Positions 13,066-25,184 of a stretch of DNA of 64,000 nt are shown piece after piece. Location of the stretch: positions 2,278,499-2,342,498 of the forward strand of contig NW_003314271.1 in the NCBI RefSeq assembly GCF_000143415.4. Direction: 5' to 3'. The notes under the pieces were generated by a model. That model was not told where the DNA came from, ran no database searches, and was given only the letters and a program-made list of their open reading frames with translations. Made by a program: the position numbers and the translations under genes. This DNA is from Selaginella moellendorffii. Lineage: Eukaryota > Plantae > Lycopodiophyta. Numbering within the stretch: position 1 is the first letter of the stretch; every line of letters starts with the position of its first letter.

Positions 13066-13735
13066 TCATTTCATGACCACACTTTAGCATCTATAGAATG
13101 TCCAAAGACATGGGGACACTCTTCCTTAATATCCCTTCTTCAATCCCCACTAAATCCCTTTCTGTTCACGGTTGCGCTTGCTAACATTGCCACTGGGTTA
13201 AGGTCCGAAGGCTTGACCACAAAATTCCATTGACTTTTAGGACTTCTTTGCCACGTGACCATATCCTTGGTCACTACATAAGAGGATTGCTCCTCTTCTT
13301 TTCCACAATCTAGGACTTTGGGATGACATTTCGAAATACTATGGTCTAACACAAACTTTGTAGGTACTCTCCCCACCTTTTGCCTCTAAGTGCCTTAGCT
13401 ATGTGGGTAAAGTGATGTTCTAATGAGCCACACCAGATATCCAAGTAAGTAGTGCCACCCACACTTGAAATGAGAGTATCGGCCATTCGATCTCCCGAGG
13501 GAATTAGAGCTAGTTTTTAAACACTTTACCAAATTACCCTACTTATCCATCTATGTTCACTTTATCCTTAAACTTCTTAATAGTTATATTATCACCCACC
13601 ATATGGGTATAACATTCCTTGGTGATATTGACCTTTCTTGGCCAAATTAATTCCACTAGAATCCTCCCTTTACTATCCTTTTGAAGCTCACTAAACCCCT
13701 AGGGTCTAAGAGACAATTGCTTTGGGCTTTTACCT

Positions 13736-14120
13736 TTGGACTCAAATTCGGACTCGGACTTAGACTCACTCTCGATCTCAGTCTCGGTCTCAGTCTCGAT
13801 CCTAGTCTTGATTTTGGTTTTGGACACAATCTCAATCTCTATCTTGGACTCAACCTTAGGCTCCATCTTGGACTCCATTTTAGACTCTTTCTCAGACTCC
13901 ATCTTGTATTCCATTTCAAACTCTTTTTCAAACTCCTTCTTGGACTTCATCTTGAACTTTATTTTGGACTCTTTTTTGGACTCTATCTTAGATTCCATCT
14001 CAGACTCCATTTTAGATTCCATCTTAGACTCTATTTTAAATTCCATCTTAGACTCCATCTCTGACTCCTTCTCGAACTCCATCTTAGATTCATTTTCAAA
14101 CTCCTTCTCAGATTCAGTCT
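13736..14120. repeat. 12-bp minisatellite (consensus about GACTCCATCTYA), retroelement-associated
   Basis: Periodic repeat giving the ESKM/DSIL pseudo-ORFs; the same repeat and right flank recur at about 56944-57350. Confidence 0.85.
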
Positions 14121-14349
14121 CAACACTTCTATATATCATAACATTTGCCATGTGTCAGTCTTTCTTGTGTCCCTTTCTAAATATTCGTTCATCAATTGTT
14201 TCATACTTATTCCTTGAGCACTTCGTTCAGAGTTTCACTCCCACTCCTAACTTTCTAAATCGAAGCTTTTGGTCCCAACATGTTACACTCATTTGACTTC
14301 ATTGCCATATGGCACATTTTTCAGCTCTACTTTAGGGCTTAGGGAACAA

Positions 14350-15455
14350 ATTCTTATTAGGCTAAATATGCTTATTATCCTTATTATAATTGATTATATG
14401 GATAGATTTTTTTATCTATATAGATTTCAATAAATAGTTCACTCTAATTTTGGTCAATATTTACTTGGGTATACATGATTATCCTTAGTAGGAGCATTGT
14501 CAATACAAGACAAGCACCTAATAGTCTTTTTACAATGACATATATGGATGATGACATAAGTTTACCTCATAGGCTTATGGTCTCTAAATGCAATATTTAT
14601 TAGAAATTTTAAATGCTTTAAAATATTTATTTTTTAAAATTTTCTATTTTCTACAGAAAATATATAATAGATAATGATTCTTTATTTTGGATAATGTATA
14701 TAAAACTGTTAAATAATACATTTATTGGTGTTGGGATTCTGGATGCTCTTACCTATGGCCTTATAGGAGGATGTAAGTACTCAACTAATTAATATGGTAA
14801 AACCTAAGTTGGACACAAAATGGAGATGATATTAAAAAATATATTAATTATAGAATGGTATTAATTTTTGAATGTGGACAAGAGATTCTCTACTTTCTAA
14901 AGATATATTTAATTTATAAAACACTTTCCATAAATAAATAATAGGACTAACATCTAAGATATTATAGCAAGTGTCTAATAGATACAGTAAGTTCTTTACT
15001 ATATAGCAATATTAAATTCTTTATTATATAGCAATGTTGTGGGACTACTGCTGAATATGCAAGGGTTCGTATCATTAACCAATGCAAGACACAACAGAAC
15101 AGAAACTCTTTACTAGGCTAAGTATGCTTACCATCTTTATTCATGTCTGGTCTTATAATTTATTATATGGGTAGTTTTCTTTAAATAGTTCACCCTAGTT
15201 TTGTTTAATATTTGCATGATTATTGCATTGCCAATGCAAGACATACCAGAACCTAATAATCTTTTAGCAATGGCATCTATGGATTACAACTTAAGTTTGT
15301 GTCATAGGCTTTATGGTCTCTAAATGGAATATTTATTGGAAATTTTAAATGTTCCAACACATTTATTTTAAAACTTTTCTATTTTCCACAGAAAATATAT
15401 AGTAGATAATGATTCCTTATTTTGGATAATATTCAAAAAACTGTTAAATAATGCA
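14350..15455. repeat. About 370-bp diverged direct duplication (about 14350-14720 and 15110-15455) upstream of the terpene synthase
   Basis: Shared blocks such as cataggct(t)tatggtctctaaatg and cagaaaatatata(a/g)tagataatgattc. Confidence 0.8.
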
Positions 15456-15841
15456 CCACGAGAGCAGACAGTTGATTTCTTCTTTGATGCTATAAACTGG
15501 CATGAAAATGATTGGAGCTTATAATTACATGCATGCAGTTCATCCTTATACACTACAGCAAGTCTAGACTAGCTGATTTACAAGGATGATGCTATCCTGA
15601 TAGGAACAAGAAATTGAAAACTTAGTGAAGCCTGTAAATTCCTTTTCTTCAAGTTTGAATTCAATCAGGTTACCAAAGAAAGATATCCCTTCCGAGTCAC
15701 AAAAGATTTGGTACTTCTGACTTTCTGTACAACTTATAGACATAGTTGGTCTTTAAAAGTGTGACAGCAGGATGGATTCAACTTTACGTCTGGATGCCCC
15801 AGTAAAAATTGCGAGCAGCCTCCAATCCTAGCAAGTTGCAG

Positions 15842-15848
15842 TATAAAA
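15842..15848 (+). promoter_or_regulatory. Candidate TATA box of the terpene synthase
   Basis: TATAAAA about 140 bp upstream of ATG 15983. Confidence 0.4.
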
Positions 15849-15982
15849 AGCAACCTCGACTCCCTAACAATTGAAAAGTACAAAGTTCCGTGTGACAAAG
15901 TTCTTGGAAAGCTATCCTTGTAAAGTTCCTCCTTTAGAATTTGTATATTTGTCGGTGTATGTGTGATCCAAAGTTGGTGATC

Positions 15983-17254
15983 ATGGCTGCCAGCGTCAAT
16001 GGCGTGCTCCCGGAGCTCTCCACTCTCTCAAAATTTGAACTCCGTCCATTGCCCTGCGCGTTTCCTTTCGAGTGCCACCCAAATCACGCGTCGCTCACCC
16101 GAGAGGTTGACGAGTGGGCGATCCGATCGCTGCAAGCCCGGGGCTCCATGCCCAAGCGCCAGATGATCATCGAGTCCAAGATCTCGGCGGCGGCATGCAT
16201 GACTATCCCGCGTGGCCGGGACGATCGTAAGATGGTGCTGGCGGGCAAGCATTTGTGGGCGCTCTTCTTGCTGGACGACGCGCTGGAATCGTGCCGGAGC
16301 CAGGAGGCCGCGAGAGTCCTCGCCCGGCGAGCGATGGAAGTCGCGAGAGGGGACCAATTGGAAGGGATGATCCAGGAGGAAAGAGAACTAGAAGAAGCCA
16401 AAGGGGTCGCGAGGAAATTCGCGATCCAGGAAGAAGAAGGAGATCGATATAATGATCAGTCGAGAGGAATCCTTGCAAACATAGCGATCCAAGAGGACCC
16501 TGGTCTCATCGATCTGGCTACCAGAGGAATGGCGACGAAAATCGCAATCACGGAAGAAGATCAAGGTCGCGATTCTCGATGGGCGCTGGGATTGTTCCGG
16601 GAAGTAGTGGCGGAGCTCCGGCGATCAATGCCGCTCCCGATGTTCGATCGCTACCTGCGGTACCTGGATCGCTACCTGGAGGCCGTGATCCAGGAGGTGG
16701 GATACCAGATCGCGGGCCACATCCCGCGGGAGGACGAGTATCGCGAGCTCCGGCGGGGAACGTCCTTCACAGAGGGCACCAGCGCGATCTTTGGCGAGCT
16801 GTGCATGGGGCTGGAGCTCCACGAATCTGTGACATCGTCTCGCGATTTCATCGAATTCGTGGCGCTCGTCGCGGACCACATCGCGCTCACCAACGATGTC
16901 CTCTCCTTCCGCAAGGATTTCTACGCCGGGGTCGCCCACAACTGGCTCGTCGTGCTCCTCCGCCACAGCCACCGCGGGACCGGCTTCCAATCCGCGCTGG
17001 ACAGCGTCTATGGCATGATCCGCGACAGCGAGTGCCGGATCCTGGGGCTCCAGTCGCGAATCGAGGCGCAAGCACTGAAGAGTGGCGATGGTCACCTCCT
17101 CAGCTTCGCGCAGGCGTTTCCCCTGTGCCTGGCCGGGAATCGGAGGTGGTCATCGATCACCGCGCGATACCATGGCATTGGGAATCCTCTCATCACTGGC
17201 GTGGAGTTCCACGGGACATGGCTCTTACATCCGGATGTCACCATAGTTATTTGA
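15983..17254 (+). CDS. Microbial-type terpene synthase-like protein (MTPSL), class I, intronless, 423 aa
   Basis: Single alpha-domain size; FLLDDALE Asp-rich motif, YRELRR, NDVLSFRKD (NSE/DTE) and WSSITARY (WxxxxxRY); no plant-type N-terminal domain. Confidence 0.92.
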   Translation: MAASVNGVLPELSTLSKFELRPLPCAFPFECHPNHASLTREVDEWAIRSLQARGSMPKRQMIIESKISAAACMTIPRGRDDRKMVLAGKHLWALFLLDDALESCRSQEAARVLARRAMEVARGDQLEGMIQEERELEEAKGVARKFAIQEEEGDRYNDQSRGILANIAIQEDPGLIDLATRGMATKIAITEEDQGRDSRWALGLFREVVAELRRSMPLPMFDRYLRYLDRYLEAVIQEVGYQIAGHIPREDEYRELRRGTSFTEGTSAIFGELCMGLELHESVTSSRDFIEFVALVADHIALTNDVLSFRKDFYAGVAHNWLVVLLRHSHRGTGFQSALDSVYGMIRDSECRILGLQSRIEAQALKSGDGHLLSFAQAFPLCLAGNRRWSSITARYHGIGNPLITGVEFHGTWLLHPDVTIVI

Positions 17255-17551
17255 TGTACATTTGACTTAAGCCCTGATGTTTAATAGCAAACGATCTTCC
17301 TAACAACCGTTAACATCCGTTAACAAGTATGGATTATATTATCATCGATTAGAGAACTAATTAAACTTCAGATTCCTGTCCGTTGTATGATTATTTTAAA
17401 GTTGATAGACTAATTCCTTGATTTGTCTCTCTTGCCTAGTCTCCAATGTCACTTTCTAGAATTGTTAATCCAGCCAGGACACCTTCCTTGAGCAACTGGA
17501 GGAACTCAACTGGCAGACCAACTACCTCAACCAACCCACCCTAGATGTAAG

Positions 17552-17622
17552 GCACTGCTGGTCTAGTGGTAGAATAGTACCCTGCCACGGTACAGACCCG
17601 GGTTCGATTCCCGGGCAGTGCA
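17552..17622 (+). tRNA. tRNA-Gly (GCC)
   Basis: GCACTGC...GCAGTGC-A acceptor stem, anticodon loop CT-GCC-AC, GGTTCGATTCC T-arm; TTTT terminator just downstream. Confidence 0.97.
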
Positions 17623-18651
17623 CTTATACTTTTATCACAAGAAAATAATGCCTTTCTTAAAGAATTTTATTTTGTCTTTGCACGCTTAATTCCGAAATTT
17701 CTCTTCTTATTTGCTGATGGCTCAGATGAATCCTCTATGCGATCCAAGTTGTCCTCCACAATTGCTACGGGCTGCTTTTTTTTCAAACGAGCTAGCTCAG
17801 ATCTCTGTGTTGATCGCTTAGCATTCTCGCTAGCTCCTGTTCTTGCACGTCTCTTTCTTGTGTTCCACACCAGCTTGTCGAGCCCGCTCCACACGAGCCT
17901 TGCCTCATCGTCCAGATTGACAGGCATCTTCTCGAGCAAGATTGTGAAGCAGTGTTGAAAATCATCATGGGACCCGTCCCGAAGAGGCTTGGGCCAAGCA
18001 GCATCAATGAGCATGGTAAAATCTCTTTTAAACCACTCCCAGGCATTCAAGCATCTTGAGGTTGCTGGTCCTCTGCAGCGTTGACCAGCTTGATAATCAC
18101 TTGCTCCACAACCTTTGCACTACCATTCTGCACTAAAGTCTTTAAAACATACATTCATTAGTCTTCATATGGCCACCTTTTCTCCTTCATGGGTTGTCTA
18201 AATAAGAACGAGCATACGAGCATATTATCTGACTTCTTTATCTACGAATACGAACGAGCATACGATCTGGGAATTTTTTCTACGAACATATTCTAAGCAG
18301 CAAACAGAAATGATCAATTCTTATTCGCACATATTTTGCAAACATCGTAGCTATTCATACTCTCCGAAGTTTATTGTATAAGACATTCCATGTACATACA
18401 CAGTAGGGAAGGAAGGAAAAGAGGCTAGAGAGAGTGAAAACCCAAGGCAAAACAAAACAAAGAAGGAAAGAGTGAGGAGAGCAAGTAATCGAAAAAGAAA
18501 AACGAAGTAAAGAAAGAAATAAAAAGGGAGAGAAGAGAGAGCCAACTTACACGCACTAGGAGAGGGTGATGGTGGTATAGTGTGTGTCGATCGTCGCTTC
18601 TCTAGGGAGATCTCTTTCTCGATCTTTCGCCTCGCCACCCATCGCGGATCA

Positions 18652-19986
18652 TCACGCAGCGGCCTTAACTTGACGCTTGATCGGCCTCTCGATCGGTCCC
18701 GCCGGTGACGGACCGCGGAACCCCGCTGTGATCCTGTCGTTGATGCAGCAGTGGAACGGCGGAGGCCGGATGTTCCTCTCCTTGTAGGACTGGCAGTCCT
18801 GGCAGAACTGCTCGCTCGATCTTCCATAGCCACTGTCCATCACGCTTCCTCCTCCTCCGGGAGCAATCGAGGAAGAGCTCCCTGGCGATGGCCTCGCGAT
18901 CCTTTGCTGCTGGAAGTTGAAATGCCTGGCTTGCTGCTGCTGCTGCTGCTGCTGCTCTTGGAGCAGCGCTAACTGGTTATGGAAATTCGGGAGCACCTGT
19001 TGGAAGCTTAGATTTCCTGCTCCTCCTCCTCCATTGACGCCGGTTCTTCCAGTGAGTAATCTCATGTTGACACCGTCGGGAAAAACCGGGACGCCGCGCT
19101 GCATGCTCATTCCCGGCCTTCCAACTGGCTGCTGCTGGATCGGATCCTTGAACCGTGCCGCTTGGCTCATCGTGAGAGCCGCGTCCGAGAACGTTGCTGC
19201 TCCAACGCCACCACCACCACCGCCGCCGCCGCTTGCAATGTGCTGATCGCCAATAACACCCACGAACTTGGCAAGTTGCTCCACCGAGTTCGCGTTCCTG
19301 GCCAGCGGCTGCCCGCCAATTCTCGTCACCGGAGGACTCAGCGAGTTCTCCTTGGTTGTTGTTGTTACCACGGATGGCGTCGCGTCCCTTTCCACCACCA
19401 CCGGGGACAGAGCTTCCTCCTCCTTGACAGGTTCCGGGAGCACCGCCGCCGCCACTACTTCCAAATTGTTCTTCGATGCTGCCGCCGCCACCACCGACGG
19501 CTCAAACGCCGGGTCTAGCACCGAGTTTGGCGACGATGCCTCGTACGCAAACGCCTCGTCGCCCTCCTTGCCGGGCCGCTGGCTGGAGGGGGACGTGTCG
19601 CCGCGCGACGACGTAGAGTCGTCGTCGTCCACATTCTCCGCCTCGGCGTTCCTCCGCCGCGCGCCCTTCCTCTCCTTCTTGGACTTCTTGAGCGACACCA
19701 GGAAGTAGCAGTCCTTCTCCTTGCTCGGGTTGTGCTGGTTGAGGATGATGTTGAAGTTGGTGTTCTCGTTGATGGGCAGCTTCTGCCGCTTGTCCGCGTC
19801 CCGGGACGTGGTCCTCCGGCAAACGAACACCGCCGAGAGTTGGTTAGCGGGTATCCCAACTTGGCGGCTCAGCTGGCCCTGGAACCGTTTGAAGGAGAGA
19901 ACCGAATGTATGCCGATCTGTCCCTTGTCCACCTCCTGGTCGCCATCGAAGAAGAAGAGCGGGTACGGGGTCGCAAAGCTCTCCAT
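18652..19986 (-). CDS. Conserved plant protein of unknown function (N-terminal FFDG domain, disordered middle with polyQ, C-terminal Cys motif); intronless
   Basis: 444-aa ORF; N-terminus YPLFFFDGDQEVDKGQI...FKRFQGQLSRQVGI and C-terminus CQDC...PPFHCCINDRITAGFRGPSPAGPI match an uncharacterised plant family as I recall it. Confidence 0.8.
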   Translation of the reverse strand: MESFATPYPLFFFDGDQEVDKGQIGIHSVLSFKRFQGQLSRQVGIPANQLSAVFVCRRTTSRDADKRQKLPINENTNFNIILNQHNPSKEKDCYFLVSLKKSKKERKGARRRNAEAENVDDDDSTSSRGDTSPSSQRPGKEGDEAFAYEASSPNSVLDPAFEPSVVAAAASKNNLEVVAAAVLPEPVKEEEALSPVVVERDATPSVVTTTTKENSLSPPVTRIGGQPLARNANSVEQLAKFVGVIGDQHIASGGGGGGGGVGAATFSDAALTMSQAARFKDPIQQQPVGRPGMSMQRGVPVFPDGVNMRLLTGRTGVNGGGGAGNLSFQQVLPNFHNQLALLQEQQQQQQQQARHFNFQQQRIARPSPGSSSSIAPGGGGSVMDSGYGRSSEQFCQDCQSYKERNIRPPPFHCCINDRITAGFRGPSPAGPIERPIKRQVKAAA

Positions 19987-20860
19987 GTCCGATGATGATC
20001 TCCGCCACCACTGTCTGCTTGTACACCACCGACACCGCCACCGCCACCACCACTATACCACCCCCACGATCACAGCACCACCACCAAGGAGCCACCCAAT
20101 TCGGAGAGATGGAGGAAGAGAGGGAGAGAGGCCTCTTTGGTACCAAAGACCTGGTTTTTATAATCTCAATCTGTGCCTGGTAATAACAAAGCCCGTGATC
20201 CAGTAAGTTTGGGGTCGACACATCGGATCGAGATGGATGGGGAGTTAACCGTTTGATCAATGCAAGCGCAGGAAGAACACACTCCAATCGCACGCACAGA
20301 GAGAAAGAGAGGGAGAGAGAAGGAATTCTCAGCGAGAATCGGGAGGATCAAGCACTCAAAAAAACCCAGCACTCCGGGGAGGAGGGGCGCCGATCCGCGG
20401 CGCTAGCCAGGAATTGGGACGGATCCCAGCCGGAATGCCGCGGATCGAGCCACAGATCAGGAAATTTCACAACCCTAAGATGAGAGTGCTACCTTTGCTG
20501 TAGCGCGCACGCCCGATCCATCCAGGGAAGCGCGGCCGGGGAAAGGAACCTACGCTGCGCCTCTCGATCTCGCTGCCGCGCGCCTTTGCTTGGATCGATC
20601 CGAAGGAAGGAGACGATGGCCAGCGCCTTGGCAGGGGTCGGATCCAGAGATGTAACCCTATCAAATGGAATGCGCAAAGGGAAGCGATGATATATATTAT
20701 AAAGAATATGGTATAGCCGCCATAGCCAAGAGCATCACACAAAGGCGTTTAGCTCAGCTCCAAGTGTTACACTAACCCGTCGCGTGTTCGATCCCCTTCA
20801 AAACAAATATCTCTAGAATCAAAACGAATATTCCCCCTTCCAGGTTTTAGGGCATCAGCA

Positions 20861-21450
20861 ATGGAAGACTTGACTGGCTTGTCGGATCGCGAGTTTCTTG
20901 AGCTCTGGAAGCGTAAATCCGTCAGGCGGTCGCAGCAGCCATGGATTTGCGCGAGAATAAAGAGCGGCCCCGATATCCGAGGTCTGGAAGGTCACATTTC
21001 CTCAGGAACATCGCAGCTCCAGATTATGGCGTCCTTGGCCGGGGATTCAATGGCGTGCGTCAGCTGCCATCGCCTCCAAGCATTGGCAGCCACCAGGCGA
21101 CCATGGACGTGGACGCCACTGGGAATTTCTACAAGGTCGGTTTCTTTGAAGCACTACCATTTCTTATCTATGATTCCAGACTGGAAGCTTGGGTGACCGA
21201 TGCTAGCCAGGGACAGGGATCTTCGAGGCTCTCTCTAAATGAGCAATCTGGATATGAGCTCGAGATCATGGTCGGAGGTAGAAGGCTGTGGCTTTCCGGA
21301 TAAAAGCCTGGGTATCATGCTCCATGATCAATCACAGGGGCTATTTCAGTATCTCGGCAGCCTCTTTGGTTGATGCTCGCAGAGCCTATGATCATCTACG
21401 AAGTGGAAGTTCTCATCTACGAGCCTGACACTGAGTGGCATTACGTTGGA
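20861..21450 (+). pseudogene. Frameshifted F-box/kelch-like gene remnant
   Basis: Fragments in different frames (QQPWICA; MDVDATGNFYKVGF...LIYDSRLEAW; VLIYEPDTEW) resemble F-box-associated propeller blades. Confidence 0.4.
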
Positions 21451-21479
21451 GGGGAGCTTTATCTTCGTCCAGGCACTAG

Positions 21480-22050
21480 TGTACCTGCGAAGTTCTCACT
21501 CGGTCTGGGAAGAGTGGAGCTCCATTTTTCCTCCAGCAGGTGCTTTCAACGTTTTCATCCCAGAGGCTACTTAAGCTTCTACTGCTTTGGTAATCGCGAG
21601 TTCCGGAAGCACGAGCCCACCACCTGAGAAGAACAGGTATATCTTCTAGTTTTTAATTTGTGGCAGCATGCTGTGCCGTTTCCTGATGATGAATACGTGA
21701 TCATAGGCTCTGCGAGCATCAACCAAAGATCGATGGACGGCTGCCGAGATACTGAAATAGCAATGGGAGCGTTCCAGCCAAACTACACGTGGAAGCAGCA
21801 GCACAAACATCCTAGGCAAGCTCAATTTTTCTTGCTTGTAACATCTTAAAGCTTGCCTTCGTTTCTTCCAGGCCTATGGCTATCTGGCTTGCGTGGAAGA
21901 TTGTTTCGAGATCCAGCAAGCGTGGAAACAGTGCGTTGATCGAGGAGGAGAACTGGAAGCAGGATGGTCGATATGCAATGCCTTAGCCGGTGGAGGTCAC
22001 CCCAGAAGGAAATCTGCCACTCCGCGAATTGTCTGTACAAAAGAAGGGTG
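21480..22050 (+). pseudogene. Phospholipase D C-terminal fragment
   Basis: HPRGYLSFYCFGNRE and [32 protein letters not shown] are characteristic PLD segments; the second HKD motif and the N-terminus are missing; stops present. Confidence 0.8.
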
Positions 22051-23556
22051 ACTCAAAAGCGGGGCGTGATCTTGTTTGGGACAAAAACTCCCAGTCAGGC
22101 AGTGGATGAGGCATTAGAATCAATCGACAGGTGGGTAGATCAGGGTGATGACGAGAAGATCATGGCGTGGACGATGTATATCAGTGACGGCCATGGTAGG
22201 CCACAGGACTACACCGCTGAGAAGCCACCGAAAAAGCTGTTGCTATCTGCAGACAAATGGTGGAAGAACAAACAGGAGGAGAGGAGGGCAGCATTGAAGA
22301 AGTGGGACTTGGCTTTGAAGCTGCAGGATAGCAAGAGGAGAGGAGGAAAGGGCTCGGGAGTTCAAGCAGAAGAGGAGATGGAAGCCCATGAAACCATGGC
22401 TAATGCTGGAAGAAGGAGGTGGTCTCCTAGAGTGAAGCTCGTAGATTTTGCAGACTTGTGTTGGATCGAACGAAGCCGTTGCATGCAGTTTTGATTGTGT
22501 GGGATCCCAAGTGGAGGTGTGAACATTTTCTTCTGGACAAAATTGGTATGTCAAATTTTATTTTCTTTATTTTATTAACTGTGTAAAATTTACTGGAAGC
22601 CAGGAGGTAGTTGGGACTCATGGAAACGCACCAAGGAACGGATTTGTAAAATAACAACTGTCGAAACATTAAAGTTTATATGTGGCAATGAAGCACAAGT
22701 ACACAATGAAACAACTGACAGTCGTTTTAAGTATTATTTTATTCTAATTTCTTCTCTTTTTCTTCACTTTTTAATCTTTATCTTATGAATACAGGAAATG
22801 CATGTACGCCTGCGATGAGGGTCAGCAAAACTATCCAATCGGTCTTTAATGCACTTTAGAGTGCAATTGTGCCGCAAATTGTGGTGAAGGTTGTTTGTGG
22901 CACTGGTTGATGCTAAGAACGGAAAGAGGATTCTCGATACTCAAGTTGAAGTTAGAACCTTAACTTTAGTATCCAGCGTTGAAATTAATTGAGATGAAAT
23001 CCTTGCCAAGGGGGGCAAATGGAAACTCTTTGTCTGGTGACCAGCAGCTAAATGGACAGTGTAAGCAAAGACAACAGCTAATCATTCTCAATGATGATGT
23101 AGAGGAACTTCTATCACCTCCTTTACATAAGGAGAACAGGTTCACGTTGGAAACCAGTCTGGAGAACTCCATGCAATCGTCATGAGAACAGATTTGATAA
23201 GCAACGATCACTTCAAAGCAACTTGAACAATGAAAATTATGGAAAGTGGCGATGTTAAGATTGGCGATATCACCAAAGCTTGACTCACGAGCTTTTGATC
23301 AAGTGTTACGAAATCGGGATTAAAACTCAGAGAATATAGAGAGATTAGTGAATAGTAATTATAATTGTGAAGATTGAGGACAACAACACTTGCATATCTT
23401 TTCTGAATTTATAAAGGGCAATGAATGAATGAAATATCAAAGACAATGGCAGCAACGGTTCGATTCCTTCCATCGGCAAAAAATAAAAAACGTGTTTAGC
23501 GCTAAACAAAATCCACTAGGGTTCTTCCTAATGCGGGATTCCTGTGCGGTGTCGCG

Positions 23557-25184
23557 ATGGCGTCGTCCAGCTCGAAGAAGGAAGCGGCGGGGGCGAGGAT
23601 CGGCCGGCTGAGCTATTGGATCCAGAGCCTAGCCTACGCGGCTCTCGGCGCCGCGTTTGCGACCTCCTTCTTCGTCTTCCTCTCGCCCGGGGGTAGGGAA
23701 TCGTCGCAATTTTCCACGATCCGCCACGGCATTGTGGATTCCTCGTTCCATGAGGATCATCAGCAGCTGGATCTGTGGAGCAAGCCAGCGGCCGCGGCTA
23801 CCAGGATCCCGCTGGGGCTCAAGAGCAAATCCCTGCGGATTGTGGTGACTGGGGGCGCGGGCTTCGTCGGCAGCCATCTGGTGGACAAGCTCATCGGCCG
23901 GGGCGACAGTGTGATTGTGGTGGACAATTTCTTCACGGGCAGGAAGGAGAATGTGATGCATCACTTTGGGAATCCCCGGTTTGAGCTCATCCGGCACGAT
24001 GTTGTGGAGCCGCTGCTGCTGGAGGTGGATCAGATCTATCACTTGGCCTGCCCTGCGTCGCCCGTCCACTACAAATTCAACCCGGTCAAGACGATCATAT
24101 CCTTTTCTTCTTTGCTTGTTCTTCGTTTGTTTCGAGCATCTAACGCGTGTTTTTTTTTTTTTTTTGTTGCTTCCTTAACTCTTGGAGCTTTCACAAGACC
24201 AACGTGGTTGGAACACTCAACATGCTCGGATTGGCCAAGCGAATTGGTGCTCGGTTTTTGCTGACCAGCACAAGCGAGGTTTATGGAGATCCGCTGGAGC
24301 ATCCTCAGAAGGAAGATTACTGGGGAAACGTGAATCCAATCGGTATGGCTTTTGCTCTTCCAACTCCATTTCTATATCGCAATGCTGTTTTAGGTGTGAG
24401 AAGTTGCTATGACGAGGGTAAGAGGACCGCAGAGACACTCACAATGGATTATCACCGAGGTGCAAATGTGTCGGTAAGTGAACTTTCCTTGAAAGCCTAA
24501 CAAAGGTTGACAGCGATAGCAAATGTTCCATTGTTTACAGGTGAGGATCGCTCGTATTTTCAACACATATGGTCCTAGAATGTGCCTGGACGATGGCCGA
24601 GTTGTCAGCAACTTCGTGGCCCAGGTACAAAAGCATCCGTTGAAAAGCTTCTTCCCGTTTTCATTCTTTTACTTTCTCGCAGGCCCTCCGTAAAGAGCCT
24701 TTGACAGTCTATGGCGATGGAAAACAAACTCGGAGCTTTCAGTTCGTCTCAGACCTGGTAAACGAAAGAGTTTTCTAGCCTTGATGTGTGTGTTTTTTCC
24801 ATGAAAAGGTGGAAGGCCTGGTAAAACTTATGGAAAGCGATCACATCGGGCCATTCAACCTTGGGAATCCCGGTGAATTCACCATGCTGGAACTTGCTCA
24901 AGTATGACATCAAAAAAGTGATCTGTGGAAGTAACTCTCTTCCTTCTTCCGCTTGTGATCAGGTTGTCAAGGAGACAATCGATCCGGAGGCTAAAATCGA
25001 GTTCCGGGACAACACAGCGGACGATCCACACATGCGCAAGCCCGATATCTCAAAAGCAATCTCGATGCTTGGCTGGGAGCCGAAAATTCCTCTGAGGGAA
25101 GGACTGCCGCGAATGGTTGACGACTTCAAGCAACGAATCTTTGGCAAAGATGGGACAAGCTCAAGCAGCGACGAGCAACAGTAG
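23557..25184 (+). CDS. UXS: UDP-glucuronate decarboxylase (UDP-xylose synthase), membrane-anchored type
   Basis: N-terminal TM segment; [49 protein letters not shown] and [11 protein letters not shown] motifs; multi-exon. Confidence 0.96.

Noticed and set aside
13681-14296. ORFs of 127-186 aa with ESKM/DSIL repeats
   Set aside because: By-products of a 12-bp minisatellite in TE debris.
15983-17254. Bacterial contamination, or a terpene biosynthetic gene cluster
   Set aside because: The gene is contiguous with plant TE debris and a eukaryotic tRNA, and there are no tailoring enzymes nearby.
17667-18050. 127-aa minus-strand ORF
   Set aside because: No recognisable motif or gene structure, so I cannot support a call.
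22800-23185. Cys-rich snippet (LECNCAANCGEGCL), reminiscent of an AWS/pre-SET region
   Set aside because: Too short, interrupted by stops, and no SET domain follows.
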